The translations under genes and the position numbers were made by a program. 32,000 nucleotides of DNA from Pyrodictium delaneyi (GTDB lineage: Archaea > Thermoproteota > Thermoprotei_A > Sulfolobales > Pyrodictiaceae): contig NZ_CP013011.1 of the NCBI RefSeq assembly GCF_001412615.1, positions 1,800,001 through 1,832,000 of the forward strand, written 5' to 3'. The notes beneath the pieces were generated by a model. That model did no database searches and was not told the origin of the DNA. It was given only the letters and a program-made list of their open reading frames with translations. Positions within the stretch are counted from its first letter, which is position 1; the number at the start of each line of letters is the position of its first letter. Below are positions 1 to 8,479 of the stretch, one piece after another.

Positions 1-252
1 TTTGACTCCACTTATGGCTGGTAATAGCTCCCAGTAGCGCCACACCCCAGACTTACGCTGCTCCCATATCCTCCAGGAAGGAGGCTCTCTGGGATGTACT
101 TTCACATCAAGGAGTCCACCGCAGCTGGGGCAGCGAGTCAATCTAGGGTGCGGCGGATATTTTCTACCACAAGATATGCAGCATAGCTCTACTTCATGTA
201 CGAATCCAAGGGCATCGCCTGCCTCGTATCCAAACTCCCACGCCGAGCCCAC
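1..252 (-). CDS. thrC: threonine synthase, N-terminal fragment (gene runs off the left edge of the window)
   Basis: Hand translation of the minus strand gives ...VELCCISCGRKYPPHPRLTRCPSCGGLLDVKVHPREPPSWRIWEQRKSGVWRYWELLPAISGVK. This is a CxxC...CxxC zinc ribbon followed by the GVWRY-x-ELLP motif typical of archaeal ThrC N-termini. Start is GTG at 252, with an alternative in-frame TTG at 270. It is absent from the ORF track because the window truncates it. Confidence 0.6.
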   Translation of the reverse strand, partial: MGSAWEFGYEAGDALGFVHEVELCCISCGRKYPPHPRLTRCPSCGGLLDVKVHPREPPSWRIWEQRKSGVWRYWELLPAISGVK

Positions 253-442
253 CTTTAGTGGCTGCTGCAATAAAAGCCTAGCGAGCCTACTCTATGTGCC
301 AGGTTATGCACGGCAGGTAGCACGATGATGTTTAGGACAACTAGCCAGCAGCTTATGGGGGTAGCACTCGTCTTCTCGGGAATACAGTAAAATTTTAATT
401 ATTTCAACTATGACTTATATATAACGGCAGTTTTAGAGAAAG

Positions 443-2176
443 GTGAAGAGCATGACTCGAACAAGCATGATCATAGCGGGTCTTGTCGTACTTCTCGCTA
501 TAGTCGGCGTAGCCTTCCTCCTCCGCGGAGGCGAAAAGCCGTCTGCCCCCGCGGAGACTATAACACCACAGACAACCTCGCCGGCAGAGACCTCGCCAAC
601 AACCACTCAAGCCGTTTCCGAGAAACCTAGGCTCACCGGAAACATCGAGCAAGACGTAGTCTCTATAGGCAATTATCTAGCCTCTATGGGTATACATGAG
701 GCTAAATACACTGTATGGGCTGCTGGCGACCCGAACAGCGTACTTAGAACACTAGCAATAGTAGAGGCAGCCTATAGGCTCAACAAGATTCTAGAACAAC
801 ACGGTGTAGACTTCAAGATAACAGTAGAGCAGAAGTTCAAGCGTGGCGGTGGCGACCAGCTAGCAGAGGACTTTGCTGCAGCATTCCAGAGTCAAGCAAA
901 CCCCGACATAATGGCTAACAGCTACAAGCACATAGCAAGGTTCGCGGACGAGGGCTACCTACTCGACATAACACAATACCTCGAGACCTACCAGGACTTC
1001 CTCAACGACTTCTACCAGAGCCTACTAGGCGCGGTCCGCTACAAGGGCAAGTACTATGGCGTGCCGCAAGACACTGAGGCCCGTCCGCTATACTGGCGTA
1101 CCGACGTAGCAGCATGCATCAAGGAGAAGACTGGTGAAGACATACTGGCAGGCCTAGCTGAGAAGATACAGAAGGGCGAAGTAACCTGGCATGATATCTA
1201 CCGCTACGCCAAGCTAGCCGTGGAGACTGGCTGTAGCGAATGGGGCGTACTACACCGTAAAGGTAGCGCCCATCCGGATCTAATACAGTTCATCTACGCC
1301 TTCGGCGGCAAGCTGAGTGACCCCAAGACAGGCAAACTTGTCCTAGACGTACCTGCTGTCTACAAGTGGCTCTACGTAGAGTGGAAGATGGCCCGTGACA
1401 AGCTAATACCGGAGGACATGATGAGCTGGGACTGGGGTAAGCAGATACACCCCTCAACAGTCAGCGGCAAGACCCTGATATGGATTGGTGGTACCTGGCA
1501 CTGGACAGAGTGGCAGACAAAGCCATACTACACCGACCCGCAGACCGGCGAGCAGAGACCGCTGACAGCCGAGGAGGTGAAGAAGTACTTCTACTACACG
1601 CTCTTCGCCGCCGGCGACCCCGGCAACGAGCCCGTGACGCTCAGCCAGCCCTTCGTCTGGATGATAGCGAGCAATGCTGGCAAAGATAACCCCAAGTACG
1701 ATGAGCTACGCGATGTCTATCAGATGCTAGCCTTCCTACTAGTAGTGAAGGCTAGTGACCCAGACCTCAACGCTATACACAGCATCATAAGCGCACACTT
1801 GCCGGTGAGGAAGGCCGCCGAGCAGTTGATATCCGATAAGGCTTGGGTCGAGAAGCTAGCCAATCTAGAGATCGAGCTAAGCCCTGAGGTCAAGAATGCT
1901 ATAGCAGATATAGTGAAGGCTACAGTGAACGAGATAAATATCGAGTTCCTAGCTAGCGCTAGCAAGATGCTAGCCTACACTCACTTAACACCAATGCACC
2001 CACAGTACCCACAGCTTGCTAGCATATTCGCTGACGCTGTGGATAAGGTGCTACGTGGCGAGATGACGCCAGAAGAGGCTGTGAACTACATAATAAGCAA
2101 GATCAAGGCTGACCCGGAGCTAGCGAAGGCCGTGGAGATACAGGGAGAGGTACCGAAGGACTGGCAGTTTCCATAA
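443..2176 (+). CDS. ABC transporter substrate-binding protein (CUT1/sugar type), membrane-anchored with a Thr/Pro-rich linker
   Basis: 577-aa ORF with an N-terminal hydrophobic anchor (IIAGLVVLLAIVGVAFLL), then a Pro/Thr/Ser-rich linker and a large solute-binding-like body. It is the first gene of a permease-permease-ATPase operon. An alternative ATG start at 452 is preceded by AGGTGA (441-446). Confidence 0.85.
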   Translation: MKSMTRTSMIIAGLVVLLAIVGVAFLLRGGEKPSAPAETITPQTTSPAETSPTTTQAVSEKPRLTGNIEQDVVSIGNYLASMGIHEAKYTVWAAGDPNSVLRTLAIVEAAYRLNKILEQHGVDFKITVEQKFKRGGGDQLAEDFAAAFQSQANPDIMANSYKHIARFADEGYLLDITQYLETYQDFLNDFYQSLLGAVRYKGKYYGVPQDTEARPLYWRTDVAACIKEKTGEDILAGLAEKIQKGEVTWHDIYRYAKLAVETGCSEWGVLHRKGSAHPDLIQFIYAFGGKLSDPKTGKLVLDVPAVYKWLYVEWKMARDKLIPEDMMSWDWGKQIHPSTVSGKTLIWIGGTWHWTEWQTKPYYTDPQTGEQRPLTAEEVKKYFYYTLFAAGDPGNEPVTLSQPFVWMIASNAGKDNPKYDELRDVYQMLAFLLVVKASDPDLNAIHSIISAHLPVRKAAEQLISDKAWVEKLANLEIELSPEVKNAIADIVKATVNEINIEFLASASKMLAYTHLTPMHPQYPQLASIFADAVDKVLRGEMTPEEAVNYIISKIKADPELAKAVEIQGEVPKDWQFP

Positions 2177-2211
2177 AGAGGTCTAACAAGGCATAGTACT
2201 GGGGGCTCGGC

Positions 2212-3150
2212 TTGACTAGGCCGAGGCTCAACCCAGCACTGTTTTTCCTACTACCTGCATTGATACTTGTGATAGTGTTCTACATTGTTCCCCTCTTCCT
2301 CTCAATTTATATCAGCTTTACTCCTCTAGAAAACTGGAATCTCCATCGCTATCTAGACGAGGTCACAACTAGCAACTATGAACGACTCTTGTACATGGTG
2401 AGGTTCGACCCCGATGTAGGCAAGGTAGTCCAGACCACGCTGGTCTTTGTAGCAGCTACGCTTGCTGTCAACGTGCTAGGCGGGCTCGCCTTAGCCCTAT
2501 CAACGTTCCTGATGGAGGAACGTATCTCGCTCCCATATCGCGTTCTCTGGATGCTCCCCCGTATGACCCCCATAGCTGTCTACTCGCTCATGTGGTACTA
2601 CTTCTTTCTCGGAGACCGGTCAGGGACTCTTAACAGCCTACTCCTAAGCCTCGGCATGATTGATGAGCCGCTAGCATGGGGTACTGATCCGAGGCTCCTC
2701 CCGGAAAGCGCATGGGCAATACTGGTCATTGTGAACGGGTTTGTAGGTGTAAGCTTTGGCATGGTAGTGTTCTATAGTGCACTTCGGAGCATCCCCAGGG
2801 AGCATGTAATAGCGGCACGGGTAGATGGTGCTTCCACCTGGCAACTTGTACGCTACGTACTAGTACCCCAGCTCCGCTGGCACATAGTCTACGTCACTGT
2901 CTGGCAGCTCCTCAGCCTCATAACGACCTATGCTCACATATTCCTGCTTGTTGAATGGGGTGCCGTGGATAAGTGGTGGGGCAGCACCTGGGCTCTATAC
3001 GTATTCAATACTGCGTTTACAACAAGTGATCAGGGCCTAGCTGCCGCTGCTGCAACAATACTAGTCATAGTAGGTGCTCTCCTAGGCCTTGTAGCTCTCC
3101 GCTTACTCGGGTTCCAACGGATGATGCAAGAGCCTAGAGGTGAAATCTAG
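2212..3150 (+). CDS. ABC sugar transporter permease (MalF/UgpA-like)
   Basis: 312-aa polytopic membrane ORF with an EAA-loop motif (IAARVDGASTWQLVRYVLVPQL). TTG start lies 36 nt after the binding-protein stop. Confidence 0.9.
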   Translation: MTRPRLNPALFFLLPALILVIVFYIVPLFLSIYISFTPLENWNLHRYLDEVTTSNYERLLYMVRFDPDVGKVVQTTLVFVAATLAVNVLGGLALALSTFLMEERISLPYRVLWMLPRMTPIAVYSLMWYYFFLGDRSGTLNSLLLSLGMIDEPLAWGTDPRLLPESAWAILVIVNGFVGVSFGMVVFYSALRSIPREHVIAARVDGASTWQLVRYVLVPQLRWHIVYVTVWQLLSLITTYAHIFLLVEWGAVDKWWGSTWALYVFNTAFTTSDQGLAAAAATILVIVGALLGLVALRLLGFQRMMQEPRGEI

Positions 3151-3152
3151 CC

Positions 3153-4112
3153 ATGGTTCTTAGCCTACTCGGGCTACGGCGTAGAAAGCGTGACGGTGAC
3201 GAGGAATATCTCGCGGTACAAGATGTGGAGACTCTGCCTCGCCGACGGCTAACCCTAGTACTGGGCTTGGCAGTGGGCTTGGCTACTGTGCCGCTTGTAA
3301 TGCTTTATGTGCTTCTGGTTCTCTCCAGCTTCGCAGACCAGATGCTCTCTGGCCCCGACATATTCACTGCACGGTACAGCCTTGAAAACTGGAGACTACT
3401 CTTCGAGGGCCGCCTCGAGCCTGCTGCAGGCCGCCTCTATACCACACGTGACCTCGCTATGATAGTGGCTAACACATTGCTTGTAGCTGCTGGAGTAACG
3501 GTCGTGGTCATAGTTACTAGTGTTATGGCTGGCTACGCGTTCTCCCGGATGCGGTTCTGGGGCCGGCGCCGCCTCATGGAGTTCATTATCCTGCTCCATG
3601 CCTTTCCGGGCGTGGCCCTTATCATAGCTGTCTACGCTATCTATGTGTGGAGCCTCGGGCTAGTGCCTCGAGAGGCTATAACGGGGTACCGGTTCCTCTA
3701 CACGATACTAGCCCGTGCTGCGCTAGAGATACCTATGAGCATCTGGCTGATGAAGGGCTTCTTCGACCGTATACCATGGGAGGTTGAGTGGAGCGCGATG
3801 ATAGACGGAGCTTCCCGGCTCCGTGTCTGGTGGCAGATAGTCCTACCACAGGTCAAGCCAGGTATAGCGGCACTCGCGATATTCGCATTCCTCGCCGGCT
3901 GGGAGGACCTGATATACGTACACGTCTTCCTCTACACGGGAGGCATCAAGACACTAGCGACCTTCATAGAGGAGGTTGTCGGCAACATAGAGACAGCATA
4001 TCTGCCCATAGCTGCTGCGGCGGGTACACTCTACCTCCTCCCTACAATTATCTTCTTTGTCGCAACTCAGAGGCTCCTCCTTCAAGCCATGAGCGGTGGG
4101 GTGAAGGGCTAA
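3153..4112 (+). CDS. ABC sugar transporter permease (MalG/UgpE-like)
   Basis: 319-aa polytopic membrane ORF with an EAA-loop motif (WSAMIDGASRLRVWWQIVLPQVKPG). It starts 3 nt after the previous stop. Confidence 0.9.
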   Translation: MVLSLLGLRRRKRDGDEEYLAVQDVETLPRRRLTLVLGLAVGLATVPLVMLYVLLVLSSFADQMLSGPDIFTARYSLENWRLLFEGRLEPAAGRLYTTRDLAMIVANTLLVAAGVTVVVIVTSVMAGYAFSRMRFWGRRRLMEFIILLHAFPGVALIIAVYAIYVWSLGLVPREAITGYRFLYTILARAALEIPMSIWLMKGFFDRIPWEVEWSAMIDGASRLRVWWQIVLPQVKPGIAALAIFAFLAGWEDLIYVHVFLYTGGIKTLATFIEEVVGNIETAYLPIAAAAGTLYLLPTIIFFVATQRLLLQAMSGGVKG

Positions 4113-5236
4113 TGGTGGAGGTAAGGCTAGAGAACGTGACTAAGCGGTTTGGCCGCGTAGTGGCAGTCAATAACGTGACGCTTGAGTTTCCTGATGGCCG
4201 GTTCTCGGCCCTCCTCGGGCCTAGTGGCTCCGGGAAGAGCACGCTATTGTACCTCATAGCGGGTATCTATAAGCCGACTAGCGGTAGGATATTCTTTGGC
4301 GACCGAGAGGTCACACACCTGCCACCTAAGGAGCGTAACGTTGGCCTAGTCTTCCAGAACTATGCTCTCTATCCACACATGAAGGTTTACGATAATATCG
4401 CGTTCCCGCTCCGGCTCCGCAAGATACCCGAGTCCACGGTAGACGCGAAAGTCCAGGAGGTGGCTAAGCTCCTCCGTATAGAGGAACTACTTGACCGCTA
4501 CCCTAGCCAGCTTAGCGGAGGGCAACAACAACGCGTGGCACTGGCACGGGCACTGGTCAAGGAGCCAGATGTACTCTTGCTGGACGAGCCTCTCAGCAAT
4601 CTTGACGCGCTACTTCGGCTGACGATAAGAGCCGAGCTAAAGAAGCTGCAGAAGAAGCTAGGCATAACAGCTATACATGTGACTCACGACCAGGCCGAGG
4701 CTATGAGCATGGCCGACGTGATAGTAGTGATAGACCATGGCCGGGTCCAGCAGGTAGGCAGCCCCGACGACGTCTACAACCGACCAAGAAACCTCTTCGT
4801 AGCCGGCTTCATAGGCTCGCCTCCCGCGAATATGCTGCACGGCCACGTACATCACAGCACAGCAGTAGAGGTCGAGGTGGCGGGAGCCCGGTTCCAGCCC
4901 CGCGAAGAATACGCTAAAGTGCTAGCCGAGGCAGGACTAGAAGAAGTGATAGTCGTATTCCGGCCAGAACATGCTCAGCTAAGCCTAGAGCCATCCCCTA
5001 ATGCTCTGAGCATAGTAGGAGAGGTATACGTGGTAGAGCCTCTAGGCAAGGAGAACATCGTGACCATGATAGTGGCTGGCGTGCCGGTGAAAGTTGTCAC
5101 GCCCCCCGACGTGAGGCCACAGGCAGGGGAGAAGCTCTACATAACAGTGCCAGTATCCCGGGTCATGCTCTTCGACCCTGAGACGGAGCTGAACCTAGAG
5201 CAGTTAGCCGAACCCCGAGGCCTAGGCCCCGACTAA
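4112..5236 (+). CDS. ABC sugar transporter ATP-binding protein (MalK/UgpC-like)
   Basis: Walker A GPSGSGKST, signature LSGGQQQRVALARAL, Walker B LLLDEPLSNLD, H-loop VTHD, and a C-terminal MalK-type regulatory domain. The true start is the ATG in TAATG, overlapping the permease stop by 1 nt (MVEVRLENVTKRFG). The track ORF from 3788 is an out-of-context upstream extension. Confidence 0.93.
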   Translation: MVEVRLENVTKRFGRVVAVNNVTLEFPDGRFSALLGPSGSGKSTLLYLIAGIYKPTSGRIFFGDREVTHLPPKERNVGLVFQNYALYPHMKVYDNIAFPLRLRKIPESTVDAKVQEVAKLLRIEELLDRYPSQLSGGQQQRVALARALVKEPDVLLLDEPLSNLDALLRLTIRAELKKLQKKLGITAIHVTHDQAEAMSMADVIVVIDHGRVQQVGSPDDVYNRPRNLFVAGFIGSPPANMLHGHVHHSTAVEVEVAGARFQPREEYAKVLAEAGLEEVIVVFRPEHAQLSLEPSPNALSIVGEVYVVEPLGKENIVTMIVAGVPVKVVTPPDVRPQAGEKLYITVPVSRVMLFDPETELNLEQLAEPRGLGPD

Positions 5237-5616
5237 CTACTTCTCTCGACCTATTACCAACGATTACCTAAGCGCGGTAGAGAGGTAGTGGCAGCTATAG
5301 GCTCCACAGTGGACACTCTACTTATAATTACTCGGATTCCGATACTTCAAGTAGCAGTCTACAGCCGGATAGAGACTATAACTATATATAGTATATAGAT
5401 AGTATACAGGAGTGAATCCGGCTATAGACGGTGTTGTGTTGGAAGATTCACTCTTGCACACTGAAACGCTGGATAACACTCCATAAGGTATCAGTTTCCG
5501 ATATATCGGTTCGAGAATCCACCTAATCCAGGGGTGGCGCAGTACTGGCAACACCTCACAGATGCTTTCTCACCGGGCTTATAGCTGGGCTAGGCCTAGT
5601 CCTGTTTGCTCTAGCC

Positions 5617-6282
5617 GTGACAACCTACTACGTAGTAAACGAATGGTACAAGCCATTCTACGAGAACATCACAACCTATGATGAAATGCTCCAGAAATAT
5701 CGGGAACTACTACAGCTAGTCAATGAGAGCAGTCTAGTTGATGCTTACACTAGGCTAGCTGTCGAGTTGCCAGAGCTCCGAGACGCCCTGGAGACGTATG
5801 CCAAGCTCTACAACGAGATAAACAATACCGGTAGCCTAGTAGCGAAGCTCTATAACTTAACTCATAGCAGGGGCTTCAACGAGACACTCATAGAGCTCGA
5901 AAAGCTGGTACGCCGCCCCGGCTTAGTAACCATCCTCGGCTTGTCAGAGCCGCTAGAGAAGCTAGTAGAAGCCCTAAGACAGGCTCAGGAGCTCTCCCTC
6001 AAAGCGGCAATGATCCTAGAGGCCTCCGAGAAGCTCGACCCAGCAAGGCTCGTATCATACCTGGACGCGGTGGAGAAGATGGTTCAGGTGTTGCCCCCAG
6101 AGAAGTTGGCCTCGAGGATAGCCGAGGCGGAGAAAGCCCTAGCCCAGGCAGAGAGGATGATGGGCAAGGTGGAGTCTCTCCCGCCAAGCCGGCTAGAGGT
6201 GGTGGCCCTAACGGCAGCGGGGACCGGGGCAGCACTACTACTAGCTGGCCTCGAGGCGGCCAGGCGCAGCCGCTGCCTCTAG
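5617..6282 (+). CDS. hypothetical coiled-coil protein with a C-terminal hydrophobic anchor
   Basis: 221-aa ORF, Leu/Glu/Ala/Lys-rich with heptad-like character, and a C-terminal segment VVALTAAGTGAALLLAGLEAARRSR. I recognise no family. The start is problematic (see findings). Confidence 0.5.
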   Translation: MTTYYVVNEWYKPFYENITTYDEMLQKYRELLQLVNESSLVDAYTRLAVELPELRDALETYAKLYNEINNTGSLVAKLYNLTHSRGFNETLIELEKLVRRPGLVTILGLSEPLEKLVEALRQAQELSLKAAMILEASEKLDPARLVSYLDAVEKMVQVLPPEKLASRIAEAEKALAQAERMMGKVESLPPSRLEVVALTAAGTGAALLLAGLEAARRSRCL

Positions 6283-6794
6283 CCCCGGGCGCGTAGCAGC
6301 TTGATATACTCCCGCATCCACTGGGGCATATCCGGCGGTATCCTAGCTGTGACTAGGTTACCGTCTACGACCACTGGCTGGTCTAGCCATTCAGCCCCAG
6401 CGTTGACTACGTCATCCTTTATCCCCGGGTAGCTGGTGGCCCGGCGGCCCCGGAGAACTCCCGCGCTTATCAGCACCTGGGGCCCGTGGCAGATGGCTGC
6501 TACCGGTTTCTCTTCATCGAAGAAGTGGCGCACAATCCTCTTCACGTGCTCGTTGTTGCGTATCCTCTCGGGCCCTCGGCCACCCGGCAGCACGAGACCG
6601 ATGTACCCACTAGGGTCTACCTCCTCAAAGGCGAGGTCTGGCCGGACACTGTACCCCTTTTTCCCCGGTATGACGTCGCGGCTGGGACCAGCCACGATGG
6701 TCTCGTAGCCCTCCTCCTGGAGCCGGTATAGGGGGTAGTAGAGCTCTATGTCTTCGAACTCTGGGCCGACTAGGAAGAGTATCCGCTTCTTCAA
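6279..6794 (-). CDS. pfpI: PfpI/DJ-1 family intracellular protease or deglycase
   Basis: 171 aa. It has the nucleophile-elbow motif AICHGPQVL and overall resembles PH1704-type PfpI (LFLVGPEFEDIEL..., VVVDGNLVTAR). Confidence 0.9.
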   Translation of the reverse strand: MKKRILFLVGPEFEDIELYYPLYRLQEEGYETIVAGPSRDVIPGKKGYSVRPDLAFEEVDPSGYIGLVLPGGRGPERIRNNEHVKRIVRHFFDEEKPVAAICHGPQVLISAGVLRGRRATSYPGIKDDVVNAGAEWLDQPVVVDGNLVTARIPPDMPQWMREYIKLLRARG

Positions 6795-6870
6795 AGCCGC
6801 CTACCCAAGTACGAAGAAGAGTGTAGGGGACTATTTCTATGCAGCCTGGCAGAAACCAGCCAAGGACACA

Positions 6871-7845
6871 CTACTGTCCTGCCCGGCACCCTTCCGCAGC
6901 ATTTGCCACCATTCGGGCTATTTGTGCAGGGCCCATCGTAGTGCTCGGCCGAGGAGCACCAGCTACGTGGCTGTGCCCGCCCCCGCCGAGCCTGGATGCT
7001 ATACAGTCGGCCCGTAGCTGGCCCCACGTCCTTATGCTGATGCCACGCGGGTAGAGTATCACAGCTACGTCAGCCTCGCTGGGGCCGGGTACTAGGCCGA
7101 GCCGCTGTACGTCGCAGCCACTAGCCCGGGGCGGGGGAGTAACTACTACTACCCGTATGCCGTTGAACTCGTAGCCGTTAACGCTTGTCTTTTCTCTGAT
7201 CTCCTGGTAGTAGCTGGGTGCCTCCCGCTCATAGATCTCCCTAGCCCAGTCCGGCCACAGGCTGCCCTCAGCGAGCGCCCCAGCAGCCCGGCGTAGCCCC
7301 TCCCAGTCGAGGTGGCGTAGCACTAGCCGCCACTTGTCCGCAAGCCCTAGATGGTCCTCGCTACAGCTGTCGTCTGCCCGGGCTATCTCTACTAGCGTCC
7401 TGTCCTCGCCGGTACAGCGAGCCACAGCGCATGCTATCTCCGCCGTGACCCTTGACCGATCGTGAACCACGATTGCACCGGCCTTCTCCAGTGCTTCACG
7501 GGCTCCCTCCGGCCACTCGTGGTGATCTATCCATACCAGCCGCTGGCCCCACCGCAGCAGCCCCGCCACAGCCTCGGCATCGGCCCTACTCCTCGGCGAG
7601 AGGTCTGCGACAACAACCACTGTCCCGGGCCGGCCAGCAGCCTCCTGCAGTGCGCGGCGGAGCATCCGGTAGAGCCCACGAGCGCCTGCAACGTCGTGTT
7701 TCGCCTCAATGCCGCGGCGCCGGGCCCACCGCAGCAGCAACGCGGCGGAGACAAGCCCGTCGAGATCCACATGGCTTACAGTATGTAGCCTCCGAGCAGC
7801 CTCAAGCAGCTCGATAGCCTTCTCGTAGGCCAATACAGGGTGCAC
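6871..7845 (-). CDS. DHH-family phosphoesterase (NrnA/RecJ-like, with a DHHA1-type GGGH motif)
   Basis: 324 aa with DHH motifs in order: HVDLDGL (DxD), VVVADLS, WIDHHEW (DHH), and C-terminal GGGGHSHVAG (GGGH). GTG start. Confidence 0.75.
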   Translation of the reverse strand: MHPVLAYEKAIELLEAARRLHTVSHVDLDGLVSAALLLRWARRRGIEAKHDVAGARGLYRMLRRALQEAAGRPGTVVVVADLSPRSRADAEAVAGLLRWGQRLVWIDHHEWPEGAREALEKAGAIVVHDRSRVTAEIACAVARCTGEDRTLVEIARADDSCSEDHLGLADKWRLVLRHLDWEGLRRAAGALAEGSLWPDWAREIYEREAPSYYQEIREKTSVNGYEFNGIRVVVVTPPPRASGCDVQRLGLVPGPSEADVAVILYPRGISIRTWGQLRADCIASRLGGGGHSHVAGAPRPSTTMGPAQIARMVANAAEGCRAGQ

Positions 7846-8124
7846 CCGCTCTCGGGCCTGCTCTGGGCCCGGGGAATGTGCTTTAGCCTCTAAGGTTTAG
7901 ATGCGTTACACATGTAGCGCGGAAGCATTTAGACTTTATCTGTGGCTACGGTGCTAATGTTGGCCATTCCCGATAACCGAGAATGCTGTGAAGCCAGCTT
8001 ATTGTCCATGCTAGGCGAGAACTGGGTAGTAGCTGTCTAATGTAATCGCGATGTATAAGTCCTCGTTGAGTCAAGCAGTTCTGCTTATAAGTACCTCGGA
8101 GCCCGGAGTATACATGGTGGTGCC

Positions 8125-8478
8125 ATGTCTGACCAAGAACAGAGGATACTACTCTCTACGCTCGAGCAACTCCCAGGCTACAGAATTGTACGTGTGATAG
8201 GCGTTGTTAGTGCTAGTGCTGTCCTCGCGAAACATATAGGCAAGGATATCGTGGCGTTCTTCAGGAACATGATGGGGGGTGAGGTGAAAGAGTACACAGA
8301 GATGCTGGCTGAGGCTCGGGACCTAGCTCTCCGGAGGCTTGCCGAGAAAGCCCGAGAAGTGGGTGCGAACGCCGTCCTAGGCTTGAGGATATCGACTTCG
8401 GCTATCTCGCAGTATGCGGCTGAGGTCATGGTCTATGGTACTGCAGTCGTGATAAAGCCTAGCAAGGAGGTGCCTTAG
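8125..8478 (+). CDS. ybjQ: YbjQ/UPF0145 family protein
   Basis: 117 aa, collinear with E. coli YbjQ (LPGYRIVRVIGVVSASAV..., GANAVLGLRISTS..., MVYGTAVV). Confidence 0.85.
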   Translation: MSDQEQRILLSTLEQLPGYRIVRVIGVVSASAVLAKHIGKDIVAFFRNMMGGEVKEYTEMLAEARDLALRRLAEKAREVGANAVLGLRISTSAISQYAAEVMVYGTAVVIKPSKEVP

Positions 8479-8479
8479 G

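Noticed and set aside
404-652. An 82-aa minus-strand ORF overlaps the start of the binding-protein gene.
   Set aside because: It is antisense to a confident CDS and to that gene's promoter, and it has Cys/Arg/Gly-rich composition. It is probably spurious.
3788-4111. The track ORF 3788..5236 suggests a 482-aa ATPase with a 108-aa N-terminal extension.
   Set aside because: The extension overlaps the second permease gene in another frame and translates to Arg/Pro/Gly-rich nonsense. The canonical ABC ATPase N-terminus (MVEVRLENVTKRFG) starts at the ATG of the TAATG stop-start overlap at 4112.
5302-5316. CTCCACAGTGGACAC resembles the core of crenarchaeal origin recognition boxes (CTCCA..GGAAAC type) and lies next to an A+T-rich stretch, hinting at a replication origin.
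   Set aside because: Only one imperfect copy exists, with no inverted partner box on the other side of the AT core. No orc1/cdc6 or whiP gene is nearby. The resemblance comes from memory of consensus sequences and is weak.
5318-5554. A 78-aa minus-strand ORF lies in the A+T-rich spacer.
   Set aside because: The translation is dominated by Tyr, Ser and Ile derived from TA-repeat DNA (YYLYTIYSYSLY). It has no start context or motif and is most likely non-coding.
7452-7817. Several 80-140-aa ORFs lie antisense to, or out of frame with, confident genes. Examples are 7452..7817, 7462..7788, 7527..7772, 10621..11043, 12603..12998, 13542..14018, 13805..14209, 19535..19921, 20105..20733, 26164..26946 and 31020..31640.
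   Set aside because: All lie entirely within better-supported genes, have Arg/Pro/Ser/Gly-biased low-complexity translations, and lack recognisable motifs. They are expected by chance in GC-rich DNA with few stop codons.
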